Shown: one piece after another, positions 9,210 to 19,359 of the stretch
How positions within the stretch are numbered: the first letter of the stretch is position 1
Layout: the number at the start of each line of letters is the position of its first letter
From: Dethiobacter sp.
Lineage (GTDB): Bacteria; Bacillota; Dethiobacteria; DTU022; UBA8154
Length of the DNA: 64,000 nucleotides
Direction: 5' to 3'
Assembly (NCBI GenBank): GCA_003605065.1
Contig: QZJM01000004.1
Coordinates: 4,863 to 68,862 of the forward strand
Position numbers and translations under genes: made by a program
The notes under the pieces: model-generated
Databases searched by the model: none
What the model was told of the DNA's origin: nothing
The model's input: the letters and a program-made list of their open reading frames with translations, nothing else

Positions 9210-10331
9210 ATGGATGATGCAGTAAGCGTGGTTATTTTTGAAGGAGGAGAACCTTCCGGTGAGATCGAAAAGATGATGGTAGATGTACGCCATGCCGTCC
9301 TGCTGGATAATATTAATAAGATGAAGCAGGTGGACCAGATAGGTTCAATTTACCTTTTGACCAATTATCCCCGGTTGGTTGGAGAAGCTGAGCTTTTAGG
9401 GGTCAAAGTCTTGGAAAACCAGCTTTCTGAAAAACAATTTCATTTTGGTAAAGTGTTTTCTGACCTTATTAACAAGGAGAAGCTGGAAAATGTTTTTTAT
9501 ATGGGGGGGGCAAGTATTCCCCTGGTAACAGTTCAGGAATTAGAGGAGATCTGTGCTCTTTTGTTGAACTCTCCGGCTATAATATATGCTAATAATGCTC
9601 AGTCTGCTGATATTATTGCCTTTACTCCCGGTAGGCTTATTAATAAAATAGAACCACCCATGATGGATAATATGCTGGGTTTCTCCTTGAGGGACGGCAC
9701 AGGTGTGGAGCAGAAACTTTTTCGAAATACTTCGGGGTTGCTGTTTGATTTGGATACACCGGCTGATTTACTTGTCCTGGCCGGTAGTCCCCTGGCGGGA
9801 CCACATACACGCCAGGTGATGAACAGTTTAAACTTGGATCTTTCCCGCCTGAAAAGAGCCAAGGAAGTTCTTCGTGGGGATTATGAAGAAGTAGTGCTCC
9901 TGGGAAGGGTGGGGGCACCGGTAATAGCGCATCTTAATCAAAACCTGAAAGTCCGCTTGCGCATTTTTTCCGAAGAGCGGGGCATGAAAGCTCTGGGACG
10001 TGAAGGGCGGGGTGAAGCAATTTCGCTTATGGGTTTTTTCCTGGAGGAGGTTGGTGCCCGGAAGTTTATAGACTACCTGGAGAAGGTTGCTCAGTGTGCC
10101 TTTTTGGATACGAGAGTTCTCATGGTGCATTTAAAGCAAAAGCTTTCGGCTGAAGAGCGTTTTCTCTCTGACCTGGGTTGCTGGCAGGAGATCAAGAATC
10201 CCGTTATAAGAGAATTTACCAGGGCTGCAGTAGAGTCTAAGATACCGGTTGTCTGTGGTGCGCACTCCCTGGTTCTCGGCGGTTTATGGGCCCTGGTGGA
10301 TGAAATAGGGCCTACACACAACTACTGGTAA
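9210..10331 (+). CDS. Uncharacterised protein with a CofC-like/nucleotidyltransferase (GT-A) N-terminal fold
   Basis: 373-aa ORF; FDLDTPADL resembles the DxDxxxDL end motif of CofC/NTP-transferase folds; extra ~180-aa C-terminal domain. Confidence 0.6.
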   Translation: MDDAVSVVIFEGGEPSGEIEKMMVDVRHAVLLDNINKMKQVDQIGSIYLLTNYPRLVGEAELLGVKVLENQLSEKQFHFGKVFSDLINKEKLENVFYMGGASIPLVTVQELEEICALLLNSPAIIYANNAQSADIIAFTPGRLINKIEPPMMDNMLGFSLRDGTGVEQKLFRNTSGLLFDLDTPADLLVLAGSPLAGPHTRQVMNSLNLDLSRLKRAKEVLRGDYEEVVLLGRVGAPVIAHLNQNLKVRLRIFSEERGMKALGREGRGEAISLMGFFLEEVGARKFIDYLEKVAQCAFLDTRVLMVHLKQKLSAEERFLSDLGCWQEIKNPVIREFTRAAVESKIPVVCGAHSLVLGGLWALVDEIGPTHNYW

Positions 10332-10362
10332 AAAACAATATCATGGACAAGGAGGTTTATAT

Positions 10363-11670
10363 ATGAAATTATATAATCTGGCCGCTCTTACAGAACAAGA
10401 GTACAGAAATTTGCTTCGCCGATCGGAGACGGATATTACAGAACATTTTCCCCTGGCTATGGAAGTAATTAAACGTGTCCGGGAAGAAGGCGATAAAGCT
10501 GTGCTGGATTATACCCTGCGGTTCGACGGTGTTTCCCTGGAAGAAAAAGGGCTGCAGGTTACGGAAAAAGAAATTGAAAAAGCTTATGAGGAGCTGGACA
10601 ACCTTACCGGGGATACCCTGCAATATGCTGCGGCGAATATTAGAAAGTTTCACCAGCAGCAGCTTCCAACAGAAATGTGGGTAAAGGAAATAGATGACGG
10701 CTTGCTGGCCGGAGAAAAGGTAACTCCTATTTCCGATGTTTGCCTGTACGTTCCCAGGGGCAAGGGAAGTTTTCCTTCTGTCATGCTGATGCTGGGAATA
10801 CCCGCCGTAATATCAGGAGTTCCCCGGATTGTTGTTTGTACTCCCCCGGCAGAGGATGGTGGAATAGATACGGCAACCCTGGCGGCAGCACATATTGTAG
10901 GGATTAGGGAAATTTACAGGATTGGGGGAATGCAGGCCATTGCTGCCGTTGCTTTCGGAACGGAAACCATTCCCCGCTGCCGTAAAGTTATTGGGCCGGG
11001 AAATGCATATGTTAATGCTGCCAAAAGGCTGCTGTACGGGGTGCTGGATGTCGGCCTGCCGGCAGGCCCCAGTGAGGCTATCATTCTTGCCGACAAGCTT
11101 GCCGATCCGCATCTTGTCTCCCTCGATTTACTGATTGAAGCGGAACATGGGCCCGATTCCGCGTCTTTACTGGTTACACATTCTGAGGAACTGGCCCAAA
11201 AGGTTACCAGGCTTATTCCTGAGCTGATCCAAAAATTGCCCCTGGAGAAACGCCGTTTTGTGGAAAAAGTCTTTAACAATTACGGAGGTATTGTTTTAAC
11301 TGCAAAGCTGGAAGAATCAATTCGTTTTGTCAATGATTATGCCCCCGAACACCTGGAAATTTTAACTTCTGACCCGTTTTCACTTCTTCCCCGCATTAAA
11401 AACGCAGGAGAAATCCTGCTGGGTCCTTTTACTCCCGTAACCCTCTGTAATTTCTTGCTTGGCCCCAACGCTATCCTGCCTACGGGCTCCTTTGCCAAGA
11501 CTTATTCCGGTGTTTCCGTTCATGATTTTTTAAAGCGTTCTTCTTTTGGGTATGTTACACCGGAAGGCTTTGCCAGAGTTAAGAAAGAGGCCATACATTT
11601 TGCGGAGGTTGAGGGTTTCTGGGCTCATGCCATGGCAGTGAGGGAGAGGGCAGCATTATTTTCATACTAA
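10363..11670 (+). CDS. hisD: Histidinol dehydrogenase homologue with a divergent active site
   Basis: GPGNAYVNAAK, PAGPSE, AEHG, APEHL and LPTG motifs; SD AAGGAGGT. Q259 and D360 (E. coli numbering) are substituted, so it may be a paralogue. Confidence 0.85.
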   Translation: MKLYNLAALTEQEYRNLLRRSETDITEHFPLAMEVIKRVREEGDKAVLDYTLRFDGVSLEEKGLQVTEKEIEKAYEELDNLTGDTLQYAAANIRKFHQQQLPTEMWVKEIDDGLLAGEKVTPISDVCLYVPRGKGSFPSVMLMLGIPAVISGVPRIVVCTPPAEDGGIDTATLAAAHIVGIREIYRIGGMQAIAAVAFGTETIPRCRKVIGPGNAYVNAAKRLLYGVLDVGLPAGPSEAIILADKLADPHLVSLDLLIEAEHGPDSASLLVTHSEELAQKVTRLIPELIQKLPLEKRRFVEKVFNNYGGIVLTAKLEESIRFVNDYAPEHLEILTSDPFSLLPRIKNAGEILLGPFTPVTLCNFLLGPNAILPTGSFAKTYSGVSVHDFLKRSSFGYVTPEGFARVKKEAIHFAEVEGFWAHAMAVRERAALFSY

Positions 11671-11671
11671 T

Positions 11672-11860
11672 GCCCACGACCCTTCGGGTCAAAACAAAGA
11701 TGGATGAAAATGATCTTTGTTCTGAGATGAAACGTAGAGCTTTCAGAGCGGAACTCGTAGCTCCGCTTCAGCAAACGCTGCTCCTAAAACCTGTCTCAAG
11801 CGAACCCTTAAGCGAGCACCAACCTTTGCCACCCCACTTCATACCGGAAGGAGGTATCCG
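11672..11860. repeat. Multi-hairpin intergenic element between the hisD-like and hisB-like genes
   Basis: Hairpins GACCC-TTC-GGGTC, ACAAAGAT...ATCTTTGT and AGCGGA...TCCGCT. Confidence 0.45.
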
Positions 11861-11893
11861 GGGAAGGCCGTTCCTGGCTTTTACCGGGAAAAT

Positions 11894-12523
11894 GTGCAGG
11901 TAATATCTGAAAGGAAAACTGCAGAATCGGAAATTGTCGTGAAACTTGATTTTGGCCCCCGCTATGCCAACCCCAAAAAAGGTTTAAGAACAACAATGCC
12001 TTTTTTGAATCACATGCTTGAACATGTTATCGGGCGAGGGGAGTTCAACCTGGAAGTAAGCGTGGAATTAAAGGATTTTTACCTCTCTCATGTTATTTGC
12101 GAAGATATAGGCATAACTATGGGAAAAGCTGTTAAAGAATATGTGGAGTTAAGGCTTGAAGAAGGCCTGGCAGGTTATGGTTTTGCCCTGGCTGCCATTG
12201 ATGAAGCCCTGGCCCAGGCCGTAATCAGTTTTGAAAACAGGGCTTTTTTAGATTTTTCCCACCGCGGGATAATAATTCCTGCACAAACCGAGAATACAAA
12301 TTCAGAGGACCTTAAGACTTTTTTTGAAGGGTTTGTCCAGGGAGCCTGCTGTACGCTGCACCTGGATGTCTTAAAGGGAGAGAACGGTCACCATATTTGG
12401 GAAGCAGTATTTCGCTCTTTTGGAGAAACTCTTTTTCGGGCTCTGGCGCTAAGGGAGTGGAGAAAGGGTATTACTTCGGGGGTTGCGGGTCCTATACAGG
12501 TAAATAATTTTTCCAAAAAGTAA
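11894..12523 (+). CDS. hisB: Imidazoleglycerol-phosphate dehydratase (HisB/IGPD) homologue, divergent
   Basis: RKTAESEI, FLNHML, EDIG, IDEAL and NGHHIWEA. The first HH motif and the PSTKG loop are altered, so it may be a paralogue. Confidence 0.75.
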   Translation: MQVISERKTAESEIVVKLDFGPRYANPKKGLRTTMPFLNHMLEHVIGRGEFNLEVSVELKDFYLSHVICEDIGITMGKAVKEYVELRLEEGLAGYGFALAAIDEALAQAVISFENRAFLDFSHRGIIIPAQTENTNSEDLKTFFEGFVQGACCTLHLDVLKGENGHHIWEAVFRSFGETLFRALALREWRKGITSGVAGPIQVNNFSKK

Positions 12524-12561
12524 GTTTTAAAATTATTTTTCGGTATGCGGAGGAAATAATT

Positions 12562-13767
12562 TTGTTGAAAAAAGCAGGCAACCAGGGGAAAATTATCTTT
12601 GATATGGATGGCGTTATCACAGGGGAAGAATGCTACTGGAATACCGCTTCCCTGGTTGTGTGGGAATTGCTTTACAGCAAGCGCTACCTGGGACTGGAAC
12701 CGGAAGCCGGCCTTCCGGAATTTAAGGCAGCTGTAACTCCCGGGGAGATCGCTTCCATCAGAAAGGTTGTTTTCCAGGAAGATAAGGTTATTGCATTTAT
12801 AAAAAAACGTGCTGTTAATTCCAACTGGGACCTGGCCTTTTTAATTTTTGGCTATCAGCTAATGTTGTTATGGAGAGTGCTCAGCGGTAAGGGCCTGGAA
12901 AATACAGCATGGGTTAAGGGGAAAAAGGGTTTTGACCGGGAGCATCTTCGCACCCTTTCCAGCCTTTTGTCGTCATCGGATACACCATGGCGCCCCTCTT
13001 TTGAGGCTATCTTGGGCAATTGGACGGGCGAGGCCCGGGGGGCGGAATTGATGCAGAAGCTTTCTGCCCAGCTGCCCGGCAGGTACAGGGAGTTGGCGGA
13101 AACTGTTTTTAATTCTTTTTCTCCCTTATGGAAACTGGCCCAGGACATTTTTCAGGAATGGTATTTCGGAGAAGAGAAATACAGGGCAATTTACCACAGG
13201 GAACCGGCTGCTCCAGGCAAAAGAGGGCTTATTTATGACGAAAAACCGCTATTGCCGGTAGAAAAAATTAAAGATACCCTGGGACAGCTCCTAAAAAAAG
13301 GCTGGACGCTGGGTATCGCAACGGGAAGACCCCTAAATGAGCTCCATTCGCCCTTAAAATCCATGGGAATCTGGGAATTGTTTGACCCCGGTTCGATTGT
13401 AACTTTTGATGATGTTCAAAAGGCGGAACAATCTCTAAAAGCAGAACACCAAAAGTTTTCCCTGGGAAAGCCTCATCCTTTTTCTTTTCTGAAAGCCTAC
13501 TGGGGAGAAAGGTTTAAGGAAAGAGAGCTTGTTCTTTCTACATTTTCGAGACCGCAGCCGGGTAAGTGCTGGATAGTTGGGGATTCTCTGGCGGATCTCA
13601 TGGCAGCAAGGGAAATGGGTGCGTTTTTTATCGGTGTTTTATCCGGTCACAGCGGTGCGGACAGCAAAAGTCTTTTTGATAAGGAAGGCGCCAGGTTTGT
13701 GCTGCCGGATATTACCTACATTCCGCACTATATTGCCGAAATTAATGGCCCTGCCTCTAAACAATAA
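12562..13767 (+). CDS. HAD-superfamily hydrolase with a large cap domain
   Basis: Motif I IFDMDGV, motif II ATGRP, motif III GKPHP and motif IV VGDSLAD. Confidence 0.88.
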   Translation: MLKKAGNQGKIIFDMDGVITGEECYWNTASLVVWELLYSKRYLGLEPEAGLPEFKAAVTPGEIASIRKVVFQEDKVIAFIKKRAVNSNWDLAFLIFGYQLMLLWRVLSGKGLENTAWVKGKKGFDREHLRTLSSLLSSSDTPWRPSFEAILGNWTGEARGAELMQKLSAQLPGRYRELAETVFNSFSPLWKLAQDIFQEWYFGEEKYRAIYHREPAAPGKRGLIYDEKPLLPVEKIKDTLGQLLKKGWTLGIATGRPLNELHSPLKSMGIWELFDPGSIVTFDDVQKAEQSLKAEHQKFSLGKPHPFSFLKAYWGERFKERELVLSTFSRPQPGKCWIVGDSLADLMAAREMGAFFIGVLSGHSGADSKSLFDKEGARFVLPDITYIPHYIAEINGPASKQ

Positions 13768-13800
13768 GGCAGGGCACAGCTAAAAGTAATGGATTCGGCT

Positions 13801-14286
13801 TTAAGTTCTGGGTTTTAGGCGCAGGGAGGCCAGTAATAATCCCAGACCGAAAATGAGAATAAGATAGTTGACAAATTGTGTCCTCTCCAGGCCCTGTAAC
13901 AATGCCGGTCCCACGGAGCTTGCTAAACCTGCCGACATATAATCCGGCAGAATGCTCAGAGTTATCTGGATAAGCGCAAAGGAAATCAAGGTAAGAATAG
14001 ATACCGGCAGGAAAATTTGGAAGTTCCCGTAGAGATAATACAGGGCAATAAGGCAAAACCCTAGGCCGGAAAGGGAAACCCAGAAAATATTTCTGACGAT
14101 ATTGGCTTCAATGTTGGCCAGGAGTATGGCAATTTCCGGCGGATGGCCTGTCGCACCGGTAATAATGGCACTCAGGCTTTCTGAAGTTACCACACCAACC
14201 AGAAAAGTAGTTACAACCGTTGTTATCAGTGCAGCAGCAAAGGCAACTGATAAAAGAATTTTTAAAAAAAGTTTGGTTTTTTGCAT
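13801..14286 (-). CDS. Hypothetical membrane protein (about 4 TM segments)
   Basis: 161-aa hydrophobic ORF with SD GAAAGGTGG on the - strand. Confidence 0.75.
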   Translation of the reverse strand: MQKTKLFLKILLSVAFAAALITTVVTTFLVGVVTSESLSAIITGATGHPPEIAILLANIEANIVRNIFWVSLSGLGFCLIALYYLYGNFQIFLPVSILTLISFALIQITLSILPDYMSAGLASSVGPALLQGLERTQFVNYLILIFGLGLLLASLRLKPRT

Positions 14287-14600
14287 AGCGTTGCCACCTT
14301 TCCTTATAAAATAATAACCATTATATAATAATAAAACATTTAGTTCTTTTTTAATACTGGACTTTCCTGCTATGAGAAAAAAATATCTTGCCAGGCAAAA
14401 TTTGCAGGTTATATCCGAAGCCGGAAGCGTGTAAATACCAGGAAAAGCCTGGAAGCTTTTGGCTGTCCTGGTTATATTTTTTTACAGGCTTTTTTCAGGG
14501 AACTTCAGCGGCTTGTAATTTGATTGTGTTTCTAGTAGAATGTTTTTGCGTGAAGATTTTGTCCTGGAAATTTAAGGTGTTTTATAAACGGAGGATTTTT

Positions 14601-17249
14601 ATGGGTCTATTAAAAAAATTATTTGGAGATCCCAATGTAAGGGAAGTAAAAAAACTCTGGCGTTATGTGGAAGAGGTTAATTCTTACGAGGAGCGTATGA
14701 AAGCGCTTAAGGACAGCCAGATGCCGGAATATACGGCTTCTTTAAAAGAAAAGCCGGCACAGGGGGAAACCCTTGATGATATCTTACCGGAAGCTTTTGC
14801 CCTGGCACGCGAGGCTGCACGTCGGGTTCTGGGCATGAGACCTTTTGATGTCCAGGTCTTAGGAGGCATTGTTTTGCACCAGGGCCGTATTGCGGAAATG
14901 AAAACCGGTGAGGGGAAAACCCTGGTGGCGACCATGCCTGCTTACCTTAACGCCCTGTCCGGTAAGGGGGTTCATATCGTTACCGTTAACGATTACCTGG
15001 CCAGGCGTGACAGGGATTGGATGGGCCCTGTTTATGAACTTCTCGGATTAAGCGTGGGGACTATTGTCCACGGGCAAAATCCCCAGCAGCGCAGGGAGTC
15101 CTACAATGCCGATATAACTTACGGTACAAACAATGAGTTTGGTTTTGATTACCTGCGCGATAATATGGTCCTTTACAAGGATCACCTCGTGCAGAGGTCC
15201 CTCAATTATGCCATCGTCGACGAAGTGGACAGCATTCTCGTCGACGAGGCCAGGACGCCGCTGATTATCTCCGGAGCCGCGGAAAAGGCCACCGAACTGT
15301 ATGAAAAATTTGCTGCTTTTGTTCCCCGCCTGCGAAGGGAAGAAGATTACACTGTAGACGAAAAGGCCCATACCGTGGTTTTAACGGAGGATGGGGTCGC
15401 CCGTACCGAAAAAGCCCTAAATATCGATAACCTTGCTGATGAGAAAAATATGGCAATTTCTCATCATATCAACCAGGCCTTAAAAGCACATGTCCTCATG
15501 AAGAGGGACAGGGATTATGTAGTTAAAGACGGGGAAGTTATCATCGTAGACGAATTTACCGGGCGGCTTATGTTCGGCCGTCGCTACAGCGATGGTTTGC
15601 ACCAGGCCATCGAAGCCAAAGAAAAAGTGAAAGTGGCCCGGGAAAGTCGAACCCTGGCCTCCATAACCTTTCAGAATTATTTCCGTTTGTATGACAAGCT
15701 GTCCGGTATGACAGGTACCGCCGCTACGGAGGAGGAGGAGTTCAGGAAAATTTATGGTATGGATGTTGTGGTCGTACCTACCAACGAAGCTATGATCAGG
15801 AAAGATCTTCCCGATCTGGTTTACCGTTCCGAAAAGGGAAAGTTCGGCGCGGTGGTAGAGGAAATAACGATGCGGCACCGCAACGGGCAGCCGGTTCTGG
15901 TAGGTACCATTTCCATTGAAAAATCTGAAGAGTTAAGCCGGATGCTTTCCAAAAGGGGTGTGCCCCATCATGTTCTCAACGCCAAATATCATGAAAAAGA
16001 GGCGGAAATAATTGCTCAGGCAGGCCAAAAGGGAGCAGTTACTATTGCCACCAATATGGCCGGACGCGGCACCGACATTGTCCTGGGCGGCAATTTTGAG
16101 CCGCAGGTAAAAACCGTCCTGGCAGAAGAAAATTTGACTGAGGAACAGAAAAAAGCTAAGGTACAACAAATCCGGGGTCTTTGGAAAGGTCAGCATGACG
16201 AAGTGGTGCAGCTCGGCGGCCTGCATATCATCGGTACCGAAAGGCATGAATCCCGGCGCATAGATAACCAGCTGCGGGGGCGTGCCGGCCGCCAGGGGGA
16301 TCCCGGATCTTCCGTGTTTTATGTTTCCCTGGAAGATGATCTGATGCGGCTTTTTGGTTCGGATAATGTGAAATCTATCATGGAAAGGCTGGGTATAGAG
16401 GAAGATGTTCCCATAGAGCATCCTATTATCAGCAGGGCCATAGAAAATGCCCAGAAAAAGGTGGAAGGTCGTAACTTCGAAATCCGCAAGCACATTCTGG
16501 AGTACGACGATGTCCTTAACCAGCAGCGGGAAGTCATCTATAAGCAGCGCCGCCAGGTTCTGGAGGGTGAGAATTTACGCGACAACATCATGCAGATGAT
16601 TTCAGATGTTGTGGATCAGGCCCTTTCCCTCTATGCGGATGAAAAGCTGCATGAAGAAGATTGGGATTTGCAGGGGCTGTTAAGTTATGCGGAAAGATTA
16701 TTTCTTCCCGGAGAGCATTTCGGTATAGAGGGGTTAAGAGCTCTTTCCCGGGAGGAAATAAGGGATAAACTAGTTGAGGCTGCCGGTAGCTTTTATGATC
16801 AACGGGAAAGAGAAATAGGCTCCGAGGTTATGCGGGAACTGGAGAGAGTTGTTCTTTTGCGTACTGTGGACAGCAAGTGGATGGATCATATTGATGCCAT
16901 GCATGAACTTCGACAGGGAGTATGGCTGCGGGCCTTTGGGCAGCAGGACCCCCTGATCGAATATAAATATGAAGCTTACGAAATGTTCCAGGAAATGATC
17001 CGCTCTATCCAGGAAGATGTGGTTCGTCTCCTCTACTATCTTAAAGTTAACCAGGCTCCGGAACGACAGCGTGTATCCACACCGTTGTTAACAATTAAAT
17101 CGGAGGGTAAAGGGGCCATGGACGAAGCCAGGAACACGGGGAGCACTTCTTCCGGCAAGCACAGTCCTGTAACTGTGGACAAAGTGGGCAGAAATGAGCC
17201 CTGCCCCTGCGGAAGCGGTAAAAAATATAAAAAATGCTGCGGGGCCTAG
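14601..17249 (+). CDS. secA: Preprotein translocase ATPase SecA
   Basis: [23 protein letters not shown] and [13 protein letters not shown]. The ATG at 14601 has SD GGAGGA; the 14388 start in the track is an over-extension. Confidence 0.98.
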   Translation: MGLLKKLFGDPNVREVKKLWRYVEEVNSYEERMKALKDSQMPEYTASLKEKPAQGETLDDILPEAFALAREAARRVLGMRPFDVQVLGGIVLHQGRIAEMKTGEGKTLVATMPAYLNALSGKGVHIVTVNDYLARRDRDWMGPVYELLGLSVGTIVHGQNPQQRRESYNADITYGTNNEFGFDYLRDNMVLYKDHLVQRSLNYAIVDEVDSILVDEARTPLIISGAAEKATELYEKFAAFVPRLRREEDYTVDEKAHTVVLTEDGVARTEKALNIDNLADEKNMAISHHINQALKAHVLMKRDRDYVVKDGEVIIVDEFTGRLMFGRRYSDGLHQAIEAKEKVKVARESRTLASITFQNYFRLYDKLSGMTGTAATEEEEFRKIYGMDVVVVPTNEAMIRKDLPDLVYRSEKGKFGAVVEEITMRHRNGQPVLVGTISIEKSEELSRMLSKRGVPHHVLNAKYHEKEAEIIAQAGQKGAVTIATNMAGRGTDIVLGGNFEPQVKTVLAEENLTEEQKKAKVQQIRGLWKGQHDEVVQLGGLHIIGTERHESRRIDNQLRGRAGRQGDPGSSVFYVSLEDDLMRLFGSDNVKSIMERLGIEEDVPIEHPIISRAIENAQKKVEGRNFEIRKHILEYDDVLNQQREVIYKQRRQVLEGENLRDNIMQMISDVVDQALSLYADEKLHEEDWDLQGLLSYAERLFLPGEHFGIEGLRALSREEIRDKLVEAAGSFYDQREREIGSEVMRELERVVLLRTVDSKWMDHIDAMHELRQGVWLRAFGQQDPLIEYKYEAYEMFQEMIRSIQEDVVRLLYYLKVNQAPERQRVSTPLLTIKSEGKGAMDEARNTGSTSSGKHSPVTVDKVGRNEPCPCGSGKKYKKCCGA

Positions 17250-17357
17250 GGTTATAGATACTCTCTTGTACCTGAAGGTTAAAAAAGGTTCCGCTGCAGC
17301 TTTTTGGGGAATTTTCTCCCGGGGATCAGCGTGTTTTTTGGAAAGGAGGCCTTGTTA

Positions 17358-18477
17358 TTGTTATTTGAACTGAAGGAACAATGGTTAAAGCAAAAAAAGA
17401 GGCTGGAAGAATGGGGGAAGTCTCTTTGACCTGGAGGAAAAAAGGAAAAGAGCGGGCCTGCTGGAAAAGGAAGCAGGCCATCCCGAATTCTGGAATATCC
17501 CGGAAGATGCCGCCAGGATAATGCAGGAATTGGGGCAGTTAAAAGATAAGCTGCGGATTTATGACCAGTTGGAGAGCTTGATGGAAGAATGGAATGTCCT
17601 GCTTCAAATGTACAGGGAGCTGGAAAAGGAGGAGGATGCTCCAGAGCTTTTAAAGGAGGCAGAGGAACTGAGTCTGAAGGCTGCCTCCCTGTTGGACAAG
17701 GAAGAACTACGTCTCCTTTTTAAGGGACGCTATGATGAAAAAAATACTATTATTGCCCTTCACCCCGGTGCCGGAGGACTTGAAGCCCAGGATTGGGCTG
17801 AAATGCTGCTGCGCATGTATACGCGCTGGGCTGAGAAGAGAGGCTATAGCGTAGAAATTCTCGATCTTTTGCCTGGTGAGGAAGCAGGTCTTAAAAGTGT
17901 GGCCTTTCTTGTCAAAGGAGAAAAGGCCTATGGTTACCTGCAGGCGGAGAGGGGGGTCCACCGCCTGGTACGCATTTCGCCGTTTGATGCCGGGGGCAGG
18001 AGACACACCTCTTTTGCCTCGGTGGATGTTTTGCCTGAAGTGAAGGAGGGTGTTGATCTGGAGGTTGACCCCGATGATTTAAGAATTGACACTTTTCGTT
18101 CCCGTGGGGCCGGAGGCCAGCATGTTAATACCACTGATTCAGCAGTAAGAATTACCCATATTCCTACAGGACTGGTTGTACAGTGTCAGAATGAGCGTTC
18201 TCAACATAGCAATAAAGAAAGGGCTATGCGCATACTTCTGGCAAAACTGGCGGATTTGGCGCAGCGCGAGCAAAAAGAGAAGCTCCAATCCTTACGGGGG
18301 GAACAGAAAGAGATTGCCTGGGGAAGTCAAATCCGCTCCTATGTTTTTCACCCTTATTCACTGGTGAAGGATCACCGGACAGGTGTGGAGATTGGGGATG
18401 TCCAGGCAGTTATGGACGGGGAAATAGATCTTTTTCTGGAGGCTTTTTTGCGCTATAATGCACGTTTACAATCGTAA
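17358..18477 (+). CDS. prfB: Peptide chain release factor 2 with a programmed +1 frameshift
   Basis: TTG start after AGGAGG; CTT TGA C slip site at 17424-17430; SPF and GGQ motifs. Confidence 0.96.
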
Positions 18478-19318
18478 AAGCACGTGGAAGAAATATTTTT
18501 GGGAATTAGTCGGCATTACGATAGGAACAGCTTTGATGGCTGTGTCTTTTAATATGTTTCTTATTCCCAATAAACTCGCAGCCGGCGGCATCAGCGGTCT
18601 GGGTATCATCCTGTTTCATCTTTACCGGATTCCTGTGGGGTTTACAGTTCTTGTTGCCAATATCCCCTTGTTTATCCTGGTCTGGAGATATATGGGGTGG
18701 AAATTTGTGGCCCATAGTTTGACAGGCACGATTCTCCTGCCGTTTATGCTGGAGTTTTTCGCGTTTCTACCTCTTGTTACCACTGATTTGCTGCTGGCTT
18801 CTGTTTACGGAGGTATCGGGGTTGGTTTTGGACTGGGCATTGTTTTCCGCTCCCGGGGGTCAACGGGAGGAACTTCAGTGCTGGCACTGCTTTTCCACAA
18901 TTTCTGGGGAATAACCAGCGGCCATGGTCTTATTGGCGCCGATTTTGCCATAATTGTGGTTGCCGGTTTCATTTTTGGCCCCGAAGTAGCTCTTTTTGCC
19001 CTGTTATCTCTTTTTGTGAGCAGTAAAGCCGTAGATTTTATCCAGGAAGGCTTCTCTTTTTCCAAAGCAGCACTAATTATCACCGATAAAAAAAGGGACG
19101 ATATTTCTGAAAAAATTTTGCGTGAACTGGGTCGCGGTGCTACGTTTTTAAATGGCTATGGCGCTTATTCCGGGGAGAAAAAGGGTATAATCCTTTGTGT
19201 TGTCCACCAGTCTCAGGTAACGCGACTTAAAAACATTGTCAGGGAGATAGATCCCACCGCTTTTGTCATTGTCAGTAATGTAGGAGAGGTTCTGGGCGAA
19301 GGTTTTGGCCCCATATAA
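18458..19318 (+). CDS. YitT-family membrane protein
   Basis: AAGGISG, GSTGGT, GRGAT and DPTAFV...GEGF; same position as yvjA after prfB. Confidence 0.9.
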   Translation: MHVYNRKSTWKKYFWELVGITIGTALMAVSFNMFLIPNKLAAGGISGLGIILFHLYRIPVGFTVLVANIPLFILVWRYMGWKFVAHSLTGTILLPFMLEFFAFLPLVTTDLLLASVYGGIGVGFGLGIVFRSRGSTGGTSVLALLFHNFWGITSGHGLIGADFAIIVVAGFIFGPEVALFALLSLFVSSKAVDFIQEGFSFSKAALIITDKKRDDISEKILRELGRGATFLNGYGAYSGEKKGIILCVVHQSQVTRLKNIVREIDPTAFVIVSNVGEVLGEGFGPI

Positions 19319-19359
19319 CTGGAGATGGCGCAGAATAAAAATATAGAAGGGGGAAAAAA

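Noticed and set aside
11670-11903. 77-aa ORF between the hisD-like and hisB-like genes
   Set aside because: It overlies a hairpin-rich element and has no protein-like motif.
14388-14600. 71-aa N-terminal extension of SecA
   Set aside because: The SD and typical N-terminus point to the ATG at 14601.
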